A stretch of 64,000 nucleotides of DNA from Glaucostegus cemiculus (GCA_976551045.1 CDPCPM010000736.1:434001-498000); one strand, 5' to 3'; positions 13,194 to 25,879 are shown, counted from the first letter of the stretch. The notes: generated by a model not told the origin, from the sequence alone. A program made the numbers and translations.

Positions 13194-13296
13194 GTTTGAG
13201 CATGTCCACTATAGCGAAGTCTAAATCATGAATATATATCTTACAAAAAAACAAGAAAACGAGTGCTGGCTCCTATGGAGTCTCACTGATAACAAT

Positions 13297-13460
13297 TAAC
13301 CAAATTGGTAAATTAGTTTATTATTGTCGCATGTACCGAAATACAGTGATAAACCTGTCTTGCACGCCGTTCGTACAGAACAATTAATTACACAGTGCAT
13401 TGAGGTAGCACAAGGTAAAACAATAACGGAGTGGAGAATATAGTGTAACAGAGACAGAGA
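13297..13460 (-). mobile_element. LINE 3'-UTR fragment, same family as 40925-41270
   Basis: Reverse-complement similarity to 41100-41270 (tttattattgtc.catgtaccga..acagtgcattgaggtag). Confidence 0.6.
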
Positions 13461-14712
13461 AATTAGATTTAAAAGACCAGAACGATTATAATAGATATAA
13501 TCAGTGGATCTGCAGACAACTGCTTGCAAGGAGTCGCCACGCCTCACAGATACACCGGGTAATATTGCCCTTTGCTTCCTGGCACTTATCGAATCCAGAC
13601 CAAATTTGCAACTCACCCTTAGATAAATATTTTCTTCCTTCTTCAACAATCATCATATGGAACCTTCCCAGGGGCATTGTTAAAACCACACAGACAACAT
13701 CAAATACACTGACAATGGAACCTCCTTGGTACTTCAAAATGAAAGAAAACAATCAGGTTAGTCAATCAAGACCTTGGTTTAGTAAGTCCATCCTGCCTGC
13801 CCTTGAATAACTTGTTCCGTTCTAACCCTAACCTTAACTGATTCCAGCAGTCTGCCCACATCTGGTCCGCAATTATTTAGTTCATTGTTCCTCCTTTTTT
13901 AAAAGATTTGACTTCCACTTTTGAATAATGTTTTCACTATTTTTCAACAGTTTTCAACTACTACAAAAAATAATCTCGGGAAAGTACAGTATGCTGCAGA
14001 AAATTCATGCACTGCTCCCCTTACTTTAAATAAATCTAGAAGATAGAAGTTGACTTACTTTAGTAATCAGAACTTAATGACAACTCCTCGGCGGTGCAAA
14101 CACAAAATCATTTCGAAACGTAGAAGGAGGAAGTTCGGGATTAAACATATCAGGTCGCATTTTCTTGTGAAACCAAGAGGAGGATTTGAAAATAAAATAC
14201 GTGCCTGTGGGATGTAACGCCAGACAATATTATCAGTCACCTTCTTCGCATCCTACTTCAGATCTTTTGCAGTTTAAGGACTCCACTGTTCATCATCCCA
14301 TCATCGTCGAAATTGTTTAAGAGTGCTCTGAATATATCCGTAACAACTTCGGCATCCACCTCGTTTCTCCACCGTTCATCCACTTGGAAATTAGCATAGC
14401 AGCCAGATGTGATGTAAATTAACGCTAAAATGCAACGAAGTGGGAGGCGCCAAACGTAGACCACAAACTCATCACTTAGATGGGTCAATTGGCTATTTCT
14501 TGCACTAAAGAATTGTTGTAACTTTATGTACATCTAAACAAACAACCTGAAATATAATCTGCTTGCATAAAATAACTGTGAGACTCTGAGAGAGATTTGT
14601 AGGTATCATTAACTCTTGATTTTCCAGTGCCCCATTTTAAAACAATCACATTGCTTTTTTCCCTGTTCCTTGTCGTTATCTTGAGTTATTGCAATTCTAA
14701 ACTTTAACGGCT

Positions 14713-15135
14713 AGTGGCGGCATAGCGGTTAATTGCCTGGATCAGGGACTAACTTGCTGGGAGTAAGCGTTACAAACACGGAATGGCACAGGTTGCATCC
14801 AGACGAGCTGCTGCCTCACAGCTCCAAACCCCGGTTCAATCCTTACATCCAGTACCGGCTGTTTGGAGTTTGTACTTTTTCCATGTGGCAACATGGGTTT
14901 CCTCCGATACTCAAGTTTCCTCCCACATCTCAAAGGCATGTGAGTTGCTAGGTTAATTGGCCGCGGCAAATTGCACCTAATATATGGGCAAGTGGTTATC
15001 TCGGGGAGGTTTATGAGAGTGAGGGGAGAATAAAATAGGAATTATGTTGGATTTTGTGTCAATAGGTGTTTGATGGCCGGCGTGGACTCGGTGCCCGAAG
15101 GATCTATTTATGTGCTATGTGAGTCTCTAATTCTA
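14713..15135 (+). mobile_element. V-SINE copy
   Basis: Core gggtttcctccg.tactcaagtttcctcccacatc plus CR1-like tail. Confidence 0.7.
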
Positions 15136-16994
15136 TGGTCAGATTGTGTATTCAATGCGGCCACGAGGGAGAGGAATCCAGATTTCAGGTGGTGCTCATG
15201 TGAAGAATTGTTGAATTAGAATGAACAGACAGTGGGGCTTTGCTGTAGGAGAGAAGATGTTAAAAGTCATCAGGGATTAACTCCATAAATGCTGAAGAAA
15301 GTTTGTAGTTATTGAAGAGCTCAAAATAGTGAATATGTGTTCACTAATCAATCAAATGTAGAAGTCAGCAGAAGTTTCCTTGCCAAAAGAAAGGAGATAT
15401 TTTGCGATTCGGGGCACGTAGTGTGGTTGAGGCAATTAGCATAGAAGCCCTGCGAGGTAGAAGCGAATGCTAATAGGCTAAATGCAGCGGAGTGGGTGGA
15501 GCCGCGCATGAAGCACAAACACTGGAATGGATGGGACGGGTTAGGTGACCCTTCTTTGCAGTAAAGAATTGGTGTAACTTTATCCACACCTGAACAAACG
15601 CAGTTCGCGTGCACTGAATGACTATGAAGTTCCCCGAGAGGTCCGTACAGGTTTACTTTCCCAGTGAACAGAAAGTAAAACAAGTTTGTGAGGAGGGGAA
15701 CCAGGTTCAGCTTCGGATGATTCATTTCGTTCTGATCAAAAGTTCCTCCATCTCAGCTTTACTTCCCTGTTAGATAGTCATGCAATCTCTGAAGGTAGTT
15801 AAAGTGACACTGTAACCTCCTGAAGTTTGATTAAATAGAAGAGAGATTGTACAATACCTGAGACTTTGCAGACAGATGATTCGCGGAAGCAGCACTCTCT
15901 AGTCTAGTTACTGTTACCCATGTTAGAAAATCACTTGCCTCGTTGTAACTATGTTTCTCATAAGCGCGGCCTCTTAAATAAACTTATATTACTGTCCGTC
16001 TGGTGGGGATTCTTAAATAGGAACTCACTAGAAGAAGCCGAATGGAAATAAACACTAAGACATCTGAAACTGGAGTTATTTAAGATGAAATTTTCTGTGG
16101 TCGGTGAGTAGGTGCAACAGAATACAATGTGTAGCTCTTGACAACACAGTCAGTGACTAAAGGGTTAGTTGTGGTTTCGACGCAAAGCCGTGGCCCAGGT
16201 CTGCCTGTGCTGCAGTATATCTCAGGGGCCAGGACTGCTCAGGCTCCAGGAGCTGAGGTGAACTTTTTTGGCTAGGTTGCGGCTGTTTCTTATATCAGAA
16301 CAGAGGAAATTGAGAGGAGATTTATCCTTTCTAGTGCACTCAGGCTATGAGTGGTCCAGAGGGGATAAACGAAACAACACTAATATTCCTGAGCAGAGGT
16401 GTCCATAACTGACCGACATTTATAAGTACCTAATGCACAGTTAGTTTGAAGGGAAGTTGGACACTTTTTTACCCAATGAGTGTTGGGGGTCTTCAAGTGA
16501 CTATCTTTAAGAGTGGTGAAAGCAGAGATTCCTATCGTATTTATAATGTATCTGATGCGCACTTGACATGATGTAACACAGAAAGCTGCAAGCCGGAACG
16601 TGGAATTGGTCTCAATAGCACCATTTCGACAATGGACACAATGAATCAAATGGTCTAATTCTCAGCCTTATCTTAATTCCGTTTCGCAGTCCATTTTATA
16701 ACTCGGGACTGATGACCAAAAATATTACAAGCCCAATGTATCAAACTGGTCAGAGTGTTAATAGAATCATTAACAAGTACTTAAAATAATGTTACTTTCG
16801 AACGTACTGTTTATTTTTGGGTAACTATAGACAGTCTATCGCTGTTCATAAGCTGCACAGCGGATCACACGTTTGATTAGCACCGTGAATGCACTATGAG
16901 AGTTGATTTTTGGTTGTTGCGCTCTGCCGTGGCTCATTACACTGGGGACATTTATATGAAAAAAACCATACTGACAGGAAATAATATACAATAT

Positions 16995-17866
16995 TGTCAT
17001 GATATACAAAGACCGTTGTGTGAGGAAGACCAAAAGCATAATGGCCGACCCCTCTCACCCCTCCCACCACCTCTTCACAATTTTGCCATCAGGGAGGAGG
17101 CTTAAATGTATCAGGGCAAGAACGTCCAGGCTGAACAATAGCTTCTTTCCGCAAGCCATAAGAACTGCAAACTCTCTCATCCCTCCATCTTCCTTTGTTA
17201 ACACTAGGAGATGCTAGGTGCACAGAAATGCACCAGCACTTTAAATGCCCGACACCAGCCCGTTCACTTTAAGATCTATTTATGTAAGAACTAATGGGTA
17301 ATATTTTGTACTGTGTATTCTGCCAAGTGTGTATGTGTCTCTCTGTTGGTTGTTATGTTATTCTTTTTTATGAGACGTGTTCCTGTGGAGGACGGTATCT
17401 CGCTCCTATGCGTACCATGTATGTATATGGTTGTGACAATAAAACTGATTCTGATTCTGATTCTGATTCTGAGTACTGGCCCTTGATTTGGCTCCTTGGA
17501 TGCCTCGTTGTGCAGCACATGGATTCCATGCTGGACTGATTGCATAATGACATACATCTGAGCCCCATCAGGGGCCTAGCATAAGTACCTGGGTTTCTCT
17601 AGCACTAGTTGCCAGAGTATTGGTCAACCTTCGGGTATACTTTGGCTCCTATCTGCTTAGAGCGGTCTACTCTAGAGCAGTCCTGCGTTCTCTAGTCCTG
17701 CTTGAAGATTCAGTTTGTGTTGGGATTACTACTCAGATCTCCGAGGCAAGATTCCTTTCAATTGCTGCCTGTGTTTGGTCCTGAGGAAGTATCCTGACTC
17801 CCGGCTTGTACCAGTGTGCTGTATTCAGGTTCACTGTGAGCTTGCTCTTCAATCAACATTGTGACA
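16995..17866 (+). mobile_element. Solo LTR with 5-bp TSD AATAT, interrupted near its 5' end by a Rex1/Babar LINE
   Basis: TGTCATG at 16995, remainder 17467-17866 ending TGTGACA; AATAT on both flanks. Strand is tentative. Confidence 0.85.
17002..17470 (+). mobile_element. 5'-truncated Rex1/Babar-type LINE with (GATTCT)n tail
   Basis: Near-identical to the reverse complement of 8039-8545 (KTKSIMADPSHPSHHLFTILPSGRRLKCIRARTSRLNNSFFPQAIR). Confidence 0.88.
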
Positions 17867-18515
17867 AATATACATTTTGCTTATTTTAAGAGAATATTCG
17901 GCACCTGCTTAAGTAAAATATTTCCTGTTAGATGTGATTAGATTCTGCAATAACCAGGAATATGTGAGGAAGAGTTTTCACTGAATTTACATTTCAAAGG
18001 TGCAATCTCTCAATGTGCATGGCTCCTTAACAGCAACTTGAACTCCAGACTTGTGCATTTGCATCTGTAAAATTTGCAGCATGGCCTTTCATCTGTTAAG
18101 AAGTATGCAAATTAATAAATGATGACTAATGGTTAGTGTGCTTTCAGTGGATGTCGGAGGTCTGTGACTCATGACTTGCCCGAGAATTAGACGACTTTGG
18201 TTCCAATACTTTGGTGCAGCATTTAACATTTCTGAAATTTATTAAAACTGTAAGTTTCAATAAACGACTTAATTAATTAATAACACAATAAACAATCATT
18301 AACTGTAAAATGCCCCCACTTAATAAAATTATATAAAGCTGCCAACTGTACAGTATTTTAACTAAGTTATGCAAGGTTAGCATGTAATGCAGAAACATTT
18401 AGAACATATTTACAATATCGTGCTGCACTTCTTTTTGCTCTTAACTTTTAGAGTAAATTCGCTTATATCACCTCTTAATCCAAAGGTTGGATATTCGACT
18501 ACACAAGGGTCTTTT

Positions 18516-18697
18516 TTATTGCCTTGTGTGGAATGTTTGCCCGTTAAGTCGTTCTGCTCTTGTAACCCCACGAGACACGCAGATGTTGGTAAAGGCAATG
18601 GTTACAATGACGGTCACCAGAAACGCTGCAAGTTTCACTCCAAGTACAATCAACTGCGATCGCCATTTACTTCCACTGCTTTCTGGTAGGGTCACGT
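18516..18697 (-). CDS. Gene B stalk/TM/cytoplasmic exon: (Y)VTLPESSGSKWRSQLIVLGVKLAAFLVTVIVTIAFTNICVSRGVTRAERLNGQTFHTRQ*
   Basis: Acceptor ctcttcgcag|AC. TM with Lys; stop at 18516; candidate AATAAA on the minus strand at 18238-18243. Confidence 0.87.
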
Positions 18698-21305
18698 CTG
18701 CGAAGAGTGAAGCAACTAAATTCACAATTCCTTTCCTGGCTTCTCTCTATTTTCAATTAATCTCGTGCATTCGAATTGCTCCCCATCATTTCCCCATAAG
18801 GGCACATATAGACCCGGTAATGGACTTTGCCGTAGATTTCATCTTGCATTGCTTTTGCAAAGCTGGATAACAGTTTATTATTCGCATTTTATAGTGAACA
18901 TACTTGTATAATTATTATTGTTGCTTTTCACCAACTGAAACATCATCTATCTTAAGCTTGTAAACATTAAACGATTATGACTTCTGGCTTAATTTTCAGA
19001 ATCAAGGCTAGATTTTCCCTTACTTTCTATGCAAGTTACTGTTGGAATGTTCAATACAACAGGGACAATTTGCTGTATATCATATATATGTTGCCATCCA
19101 ACATATATACTGACACTTGGGGGGCATTTGCTGTATACATGATTTCACATGCTGGGTGCTTTCATTATCCAAATGATTACTTGATAGTTTAACGTCCTGC
19201 ATTATATTCACTGACTTAAATCCATGGTTAACCTATAAATCCTTTCACAAATTCAGGCCTGTTTGCAACATTCATTCACATAGATTAATTTGATCTGTTC
19301 AGTTTGAGCTGTTACTTTCCAGTATGAATGTGAAATTTAATAATTTTTGAGGAGGAATTGAGAAATCTGGTCGGGGTATGGAACCCGCTGTCTGGAAGGA
19401 TGGTAGAGAATGAAACCCACATTGCGCTTAGCATTACGTGGATGCATATTTGAAGACCTGTAACCTGCAGGGTTGCCGAACTAGAGCTGGAAGGAAGAAT
19501 AATGTGAGCTAGTTATTCTTCCAACGACGTAAACTTAAGTAGGCTGCTGTCCTGTATCGAACATCTTCAACAATTCTGTTGTCTTATAACTCAAAAGACC
19601 TTTCTGTTTTCCTTCCAGTTACCTGTCTGCCTATCTGTATGAGGTTATCTGTCTATTTCCACCTCTCTCACACATTCTATATATCAATTTCCCTGTTTTT
19701 TTCCACCAATCTGTTTCTATCTATCTACCTCTATCTTTCTAGATCTATTGATCTAGCTATCTAAACCACCCATCTGTCTATTTATATAACTGCCTGTCCA
19801 TCCATCTCTGTATATGTTTCTATCTATCTGTCTGCCTGTCCCTGTCTATTCATTCAACCATCCATCGCCGTCCGTATATCCGTCTCTCTCTCGCGCGCTC
19901 TCGCTCTCGCTCTTTCNNNNNNNNNNNNNNNNNNNNNNNNNNNNNNNNNNNNNNNNNNNNNNNNNNNNNNNNNNNNNNNNNNNNNNNNNNNNNNNNNNNN
20001 NNNNNNNNNNNNNNNNNNNNNNNNNNNNNNNNNNNNNNNNNNNNNNNNNNNCAATTATTCATTTTCCTCACCCGGACTTACATTTAACTGTTAATATTGT
20101 TCCTGGTCCTCTGACTTTCTCGACGAATACTATTTCCACCTGGCAAAAGTATGTGCCTGAGTCGTCCCGGGTAACGTTTGTGATCGTGATGGAAGCGTTC
20201 CGGTTCCATAGGAAAGAAGCTCTATCCGCTTTCAATATTCTGCCCGAGTATCCTGTGGATGTGTTAGTTACTTCGGCACCTCCAATTCCACTCATTGCGG
20301 TTTTATACCAAATAAATGCCCCGATGCCCTCATGAGTTGTGTTGTATGTGCAGAGAAGACTGACTGTCTCTCCCTCGACGGTCTCAATGGAAGATGGTGA
20401 TTGAAACACATCAATCTTTCTAGCAGTTGCCGCTGTAAGGTAAATGCCGGTGGCAGTTTATAAATAACTCTTCACTTTGCAGTATAGCAATTATAATCAA
20501 ATAGGCATGTAAAAATTGATACCTATTTCACCAATGCCAACATTCAGGAAATTATTAAGAAGGCAAATTGCATATTAACCTCCACTACAAGAGAGTTGGA
20601 TTTCAAAACAGAGTATGGCTACAACTATTCCGGGTTCTGCTAAGACCACGCCTGTAATGATGCGCATAATTTTAGTTCCCATATCTTTTAAAGGTTATGT
20701 TAGCATTGAAAGCCACCAGAATTTTTGCGACGGTAATTCCTAAGATGAGATGGTTGCCCTGTCACGAACGGCTAGAAGGGGTAGTCCTGCACTCCTTGGT
20801 GTTTAAAAGAACGAATGGTTGGATTGACATATTTCAGATCCTAAGGCGGGGGGTGGGGGTGAGAGGGTAAATATTGAGGTATTTCCACTGGCGGGGGAGC
20901 CTCGAAAGAGGGGATGTATTTACAAGATGGTTGGGGGGGAGGGAGTTGGTGGTGGTCCTTCAGAATTGACAAACTGAGGCGTGTAGATATTTCTTCTCTA
21001 CCCGGGTGGTTGTGGAGGCTTGATCACTGGAAGTACTTAGAGAGAAGGAGGATACATTTTTGAAAGATCGGGCAACTGAGAGCAACGGGAAACTGGCTCA
21101 GAGGTGAAATGAGGCCTAGGGTAGAGGAACCTTGATGGTATCGGGACGGGCTTGAGAGGCCGAAGACCCAACTGCTGGTCCTATTTTTCTGTGTGTTTTG
21201 TATGTAATGACGTGGGCGGACGACCCTACAGCAAAGTGTTGAGAATAAAATAAATAGCTTACTTAAGAGAGACATCAATATCCAGAGATGCTGGGTGAGA
21301 TTCAT
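18516..21305 (-). CDS. NCR3: Gene B (spliced span): NKp30/NCR3-like receptor, leader-V-TM(Lys)-short tail (predicted activating)
   Basis: Three phase-1 exons give an open frame. The V segment GAEVTNTSTGYSGRI..ASFLWNRNASITITNV..YFCQVEI resembles remembered human NKp30 GKEVRNGTPEFRGRL..SRFLHDHQAELHIRDV..YVCRVEV. The symbol denotes family, not proven orthology. Confidence 0.75.
19917..20051. other. Assembly gap in gene B V-TM intron, next to degenerate (TCTA)n/(TC)n repeats
   Basis: N run. Confidence 1.
20082..20432 (-). CDS. Gene B V exon (VJ-type Ig V-set domain)
   Basis: ccttacag|CG ... AAAT|gtaagt; 351 nt. Motifs LLC..WYK..DSGTYFC..GPGTILTV; four N-glycosylation sequons (NTT, NTS, NAS, NVT). 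Confidence 0.92.
20560..21205 (+). mobile_element. Degraded CR1-type LINE 3' fragment filling most of the gene B leader-V intron
   Basis: Similarity to the CR1 3' region, including the gggcttgagaggccgaa..ctgct..tcctatt tail. Confidence 0.6.
21263..21305 (-). CDS. Gene B leader exon MNLTQHLWILMSLL(T)
   Basis: 43 nt like the other minus-strand leaders; phase-1 donor TTAA|gtaagc; continues into TATARKIDVFQSP. Confidence 0.8.
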
Positions 21306-24004
21306 TGTTTCAAGGTTTTCCTAAAATTAAAAGAATTATTCAAAGTTCACTTGTGGTTACAACTTTAAAAAAAATTCTGTCATGGGTATGTCGAAGCCGC
21401 GGAGATATCCAACTCTTAATTTCCACCCAGGCAATGAGGAAGTTATGTGTGGGAAGTCACGAATAGGCCGGAGCAAACAAGGAAGGGGGATTTTCATTCC
21501 CTGACAACATGTGAACCAGGTATTTGTTCACAATCCGTTAGTTTCATAGTGACCATAGCTGATCCTAGCTCAAATAGAAATGAAAGATTATTTGTCTCTC
21601 TTAAAAAGAAACAAACTATAAATGTAAATATCCCAGTGGTCTAGTTAGTATTCAACTCATACGTCTCCAATTCACTTACCCACGGCTTGAGAGGATATTT
21701 CAGTAACTTATCCACCATGCCACCGCGCCCATTGAGCCAGATGTCCTTCTTGAAAAGACGCCAGTTAGCAGCGGAAATATCTCGTACCTTAACTAGTATG
21801 ACTCCGTCAGATATAGCTGGGTACACATTATCCTCTGTAAAGGTAACACACGTTTGTAACTCTAAAGATTGCCACTTCTGTATTTGTAAGATAGCTGAGA
21901 GCCCTTCTGTAAGCAAATATTGATCACTTCGATCCTGTGTTCAATAATACGAAACCAGCATGTTAAGTCTTTGGACAGAGTATTGAGCCGAAATGTATTG
22001 ACTATCAGAGTATTAATATCAGAGTATCCGACAAAGCCGAAATGTTGACTGCCATTTCCCTCCACAGATGCTGCCTGACCCGCTGAGTTCCTCCAGCATT
22101 TTCTTTGTTGCATCCTTTCGATGTTCTCCTATTTGTGTCGGACCCCATTTTCAGGGACATTTTAGGTAAAAACAAGACTTTTACTTGGGGTTAATGGCAC
22201 CATTAATTAACCTTTCTGTGATACCTTTCACATTATGATTCACTTTTGACATTGATGATCAATCTACATCGCCATACTGGGAGGTGCAAACTGAAAACCC
22301 ATTGCGGTCTCTCAAATTCATTGCCCTTACACTGAGCCGCCGTAATAGCGGAACTTGATCAAATGTTTCCATAAATGCTGGTGCATTCGTGTTTAGCTAG
22401 GACTACTGGACTGTCATTGGTATTGAATGATTTTAGCGGTTAATTAGACGTGCCCTTTTCCTTTAGGATCCATAGTGATCCGTATTAACCTAATGAGCAA
22501 ATCTAATCAATCCTCGTTAAATCTCACATTAACTCCACCGTTTTACTGAATGTATACGCAGGTAGTGTAAGTAGCTGCTTTTGAAAATGGACGCAACATC
22601 GGGCAACATCTGGCGTATGATTCCTCCTCTGTACCCACTGACGTCTGTCTAACGACTGTCAATTCCTTCCAAGTCTCGCCTTTTATCTCTCTCGTCTGTA
22701 GCCCGACTGGGAATCCCTATTTTATTTACGATGAAGCTATCTGGATATCGAATCATAGGCCCACTGAAACAGAGAAGGAATTATGTTGCCCATCAAACCT
22801 TTGCCGACCGATATTTTCTCAGAGGAATCCGACCAGTCCGGTTCTCCTGCCCTGTCCACTCGGTCCTGCAATTATTCCCTGCAAGAAGCGGTTCAATTCA
22901 TCTTTGAAGTCGAATCAGTCTGTTTCTCCCGTCCCTTACCGCAATAAATTGCAAGTCATAATTACTCAAAAACATGAAATCATTTCTCCCAATGTTACGT
23001 TTGTTGTTTTTACCCGTCAACTTGTCCTCTGATTCTCCATTCTTTCCCCAGTAATTAACGTCTCCTTAATTACTTTGTCTAGACCCTGCAAGATTCAGAA
23101 CGTTTCTGTCAAATATCCTCTTGAGGTTACTTTCAGCAGAGGGCAACACTTATGAATTAAATTAAAGTGCGTGTTTGGCTCAGTGGAATTTCATACAACC
23201 GATTTATTCGCTGCGTAACCCTGAGGTAAAACCCACCAATATTTTCAAAATACGAATCCCTTCTGTAGCATACACCTCTCCAGCGAACTACGTTATCCAA
23301 ACTTTAGATCCAACTAAAGCGTGAACTTCACGTCAGACACTGACTAGTTCGTGCCTGCTCACACACTCAATTGCTTCAAAGGTTAGTTGGCAATATACCA
23401 GTCATCTCAATTGTAGATGCTCACTGATTAAAGAAATGATAAATTTACCTTACACATTGAAGTAAAGAGGTCATAACAATCAGTAACACTGCTGAAAAAC
23501 CTTCCAGAACCTTCCGCTTAACGCCTCGGCCCCTGTCGCACTGAAGAGCGTGTGCAACGACCAATGTTGTACCAATTGCTTTCAAGCGAGTCAAAGCGAA
23601 AGTTTCAGAGAGCGGATGCGGTGACACCTGCAGGGGAATAGTCATTAAGTAATTCTTGCCGGTTGGATCTATATCTGGAGCCTGTGGGTGGGGTAGGGTA
23701 GCGGGCACGGGGGAGACGGGGTACGGAGGGGCTGGTGGCGATGATGTAGACGTAGGTCGAAATTGACCGGGCCAGTATAAAATACGAATTGCGCCCTTCG
23801 TGCAAACATGCTGTGTATTATCTCGCTGGTTGAACAATCCTGTGAACTTTGATTGGCTTTCCTCTGTGGACGCAGTACGAACAGCCACAAGAATATAAGG
23901 AAGTAAAAACCTGATTGCTGCTAATGAGATGTAATTCAAATTATAATATGATTGCTATAGTTGAGGAGAGAAATTCTTCCTAATTTGAAATAAATCTGGT
24001 AGCC

Positions 24005-24249
24005 CAGCGCGTGAAAATCAGCTCTATATGATGTTTTAGAAAAATTAAATCTAATTTGTTAACATTTTTTTTCATTGTGAACTTGTTAGTTAATAATTGA
24101 TTCAATGATTCAATTGACTCAGCTGCCTGGCAAACACACAAGAGAATTTGCGAGGTAAATGAAACTCTAGTATTCATGGACGATCTCACTGACCCGAAGG
24201 ACGGTCATTGACTGGACACGTTAAGTCTACCATTCCACCCGCCCCGCCA

Positions 24250-24295
<46 letters not shown>

Positions 24296-24852
24296 CCCTC
24301 CCCCTTTTTCTCTCTCCCTTTTCTTCCTCTCGCTTGCCTTGGTTGCAGTCTTTGAATATACTGCCTTAACTGCTGAGCATTTCAAGCAATCCCTATTTTA
24401 AGTTGTTATTGTTAACATCCACAGTATTTTCTTTCTGTGTAGCTAAATGAATTAGATTGGAAGCAAAACCAGAAATTAGGTTAGGCAATGTCTATAGAGA
24501 GAAATGGTAGGCTGACGTTTCATGTCGGGATGACTCACAGGGACAGGGGTTCGATGCTGACCTTTGATGCTGCCTGTGTGGAGTTTGTACGTTCTCCCTG
24601 TCACCACGTAACTTCTCCCGGGTGTTCCGATTTCTTCCACATCCCCAATAGGTGCTGCTAAGACAATAGACCAGTGTAAATTACCCCTTAAGTGGCTGAG
24701 TCAAGTGTATAATTGAATTGATTAAATTGACTCAATTGAATCATTGAATCAATTATTAACTACCAAGTTCAGAATGAATAAAAAAGAAACCATTTTAAGA
24801 AATTGGATTTAATTTTTGCAAATCATCATGTTGGGCTTATTTTCACGCGCTG
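24005..24852. repeat. Inverted repeat pair, arms about 24005-24120 and 24729-24852
   Basis: caattgaatcattgaatcaattattaacta..ttttcacgcgctg in the right arm is the reverse complement of the left arm. Confidence 0.85.
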
Positions 24853-25879
24853 AATCACAAAAAGAATCACGCAAAAGAATCATAGGGCAGAACTGCAGAG
24901 AAGTAAGGAGAGGGAGATGTAACTGATGAGCAATGATGGCAACCAAAACGGATGTGGTGGGCCGAACGGTCTCTTTCCATGTGATAGTAACTAAGTAAGG
25001 AAATTAAATAATCTGTGATTCTTCTCTAGTTTCTCTGCATAGAACACAGGGCTGATTGAAGTTACACATAACTTGTGGTAATAAAGAAATGCAGCTTAAT
25101 TCCTCTCGGCTTTGGATACTGTGCAAGTTTGAGTGTGGTTAAGTCTGGACGGGTGCAATAGGAACAAAGATGCTTTTAACGTGATTTAGAAATCAGTTGC
25201 AGATAAATCTATTAATTTGAAGTTACAGTGAAGTTCAAATGAAAGGCGTGATTAGGACCATCAACTCCATCAGCACCATCACCTCAAACCCCGCAAACTA
25301 TATGACTCCAGCTTGACGACGATGTGCTGGCTCCCAGCAGCAATGTTACATCTGAGTGTTAACTTCCATTTCTATTCTCTATTCATCTTATTTAATCTTC
25401 CATTTGCAAATATATATTCCTTACTTGTGCTCAACTAACCACGTATTCCTGTTTATTTTAACCCTTTTTTGCTGCGGACAGGCTGAGTTAAAATTCCCAC
25501 TGGAGAAGTTCTCTGATTGTGCTGATGATGGCATCGGTTTGCTTCTCATTATAACTGTAGACTCGCCTAATTAAATATCTTGTCCATTTTGCGATCAATG
25601 GAAATTTCCACCAATGTATGAATAATGTCCTGACTACCTGCATCTTAAAATTCCAACAAGTTTTGTTTTTTTTTGACGGGGGAAGATGGTGGATCCAGTG
25701 GGAATGCTGAGGGTGCGGTGAATAAGATTGAATCTAAGCATTACATTTTCTCCACTCCCATTTCCGGAGATAGTTTAGAGGTATGTATAAAACGGGGAAT
25801 ATCGTCGAATTACTGGGGCCAAACACAGTTTCCAAAATGGGAAGAACATTTGCCTCATTCCCAGGGCAGAGCTCTGGGA

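Noticed and set aside
14258-14533. 91-aa ORF with a hydrophobic patch, possible TM exon
   Set aside because: No similarity to the other TM exons, a weak hydrophobic run and no partner V exon.
12785-17866. A single 5-kb LTR retrotransposon bounded by the two LTR copies
   Set aside because: Each copy has its own distinct TSD, and no gag/pol coding remnant is visible between them.
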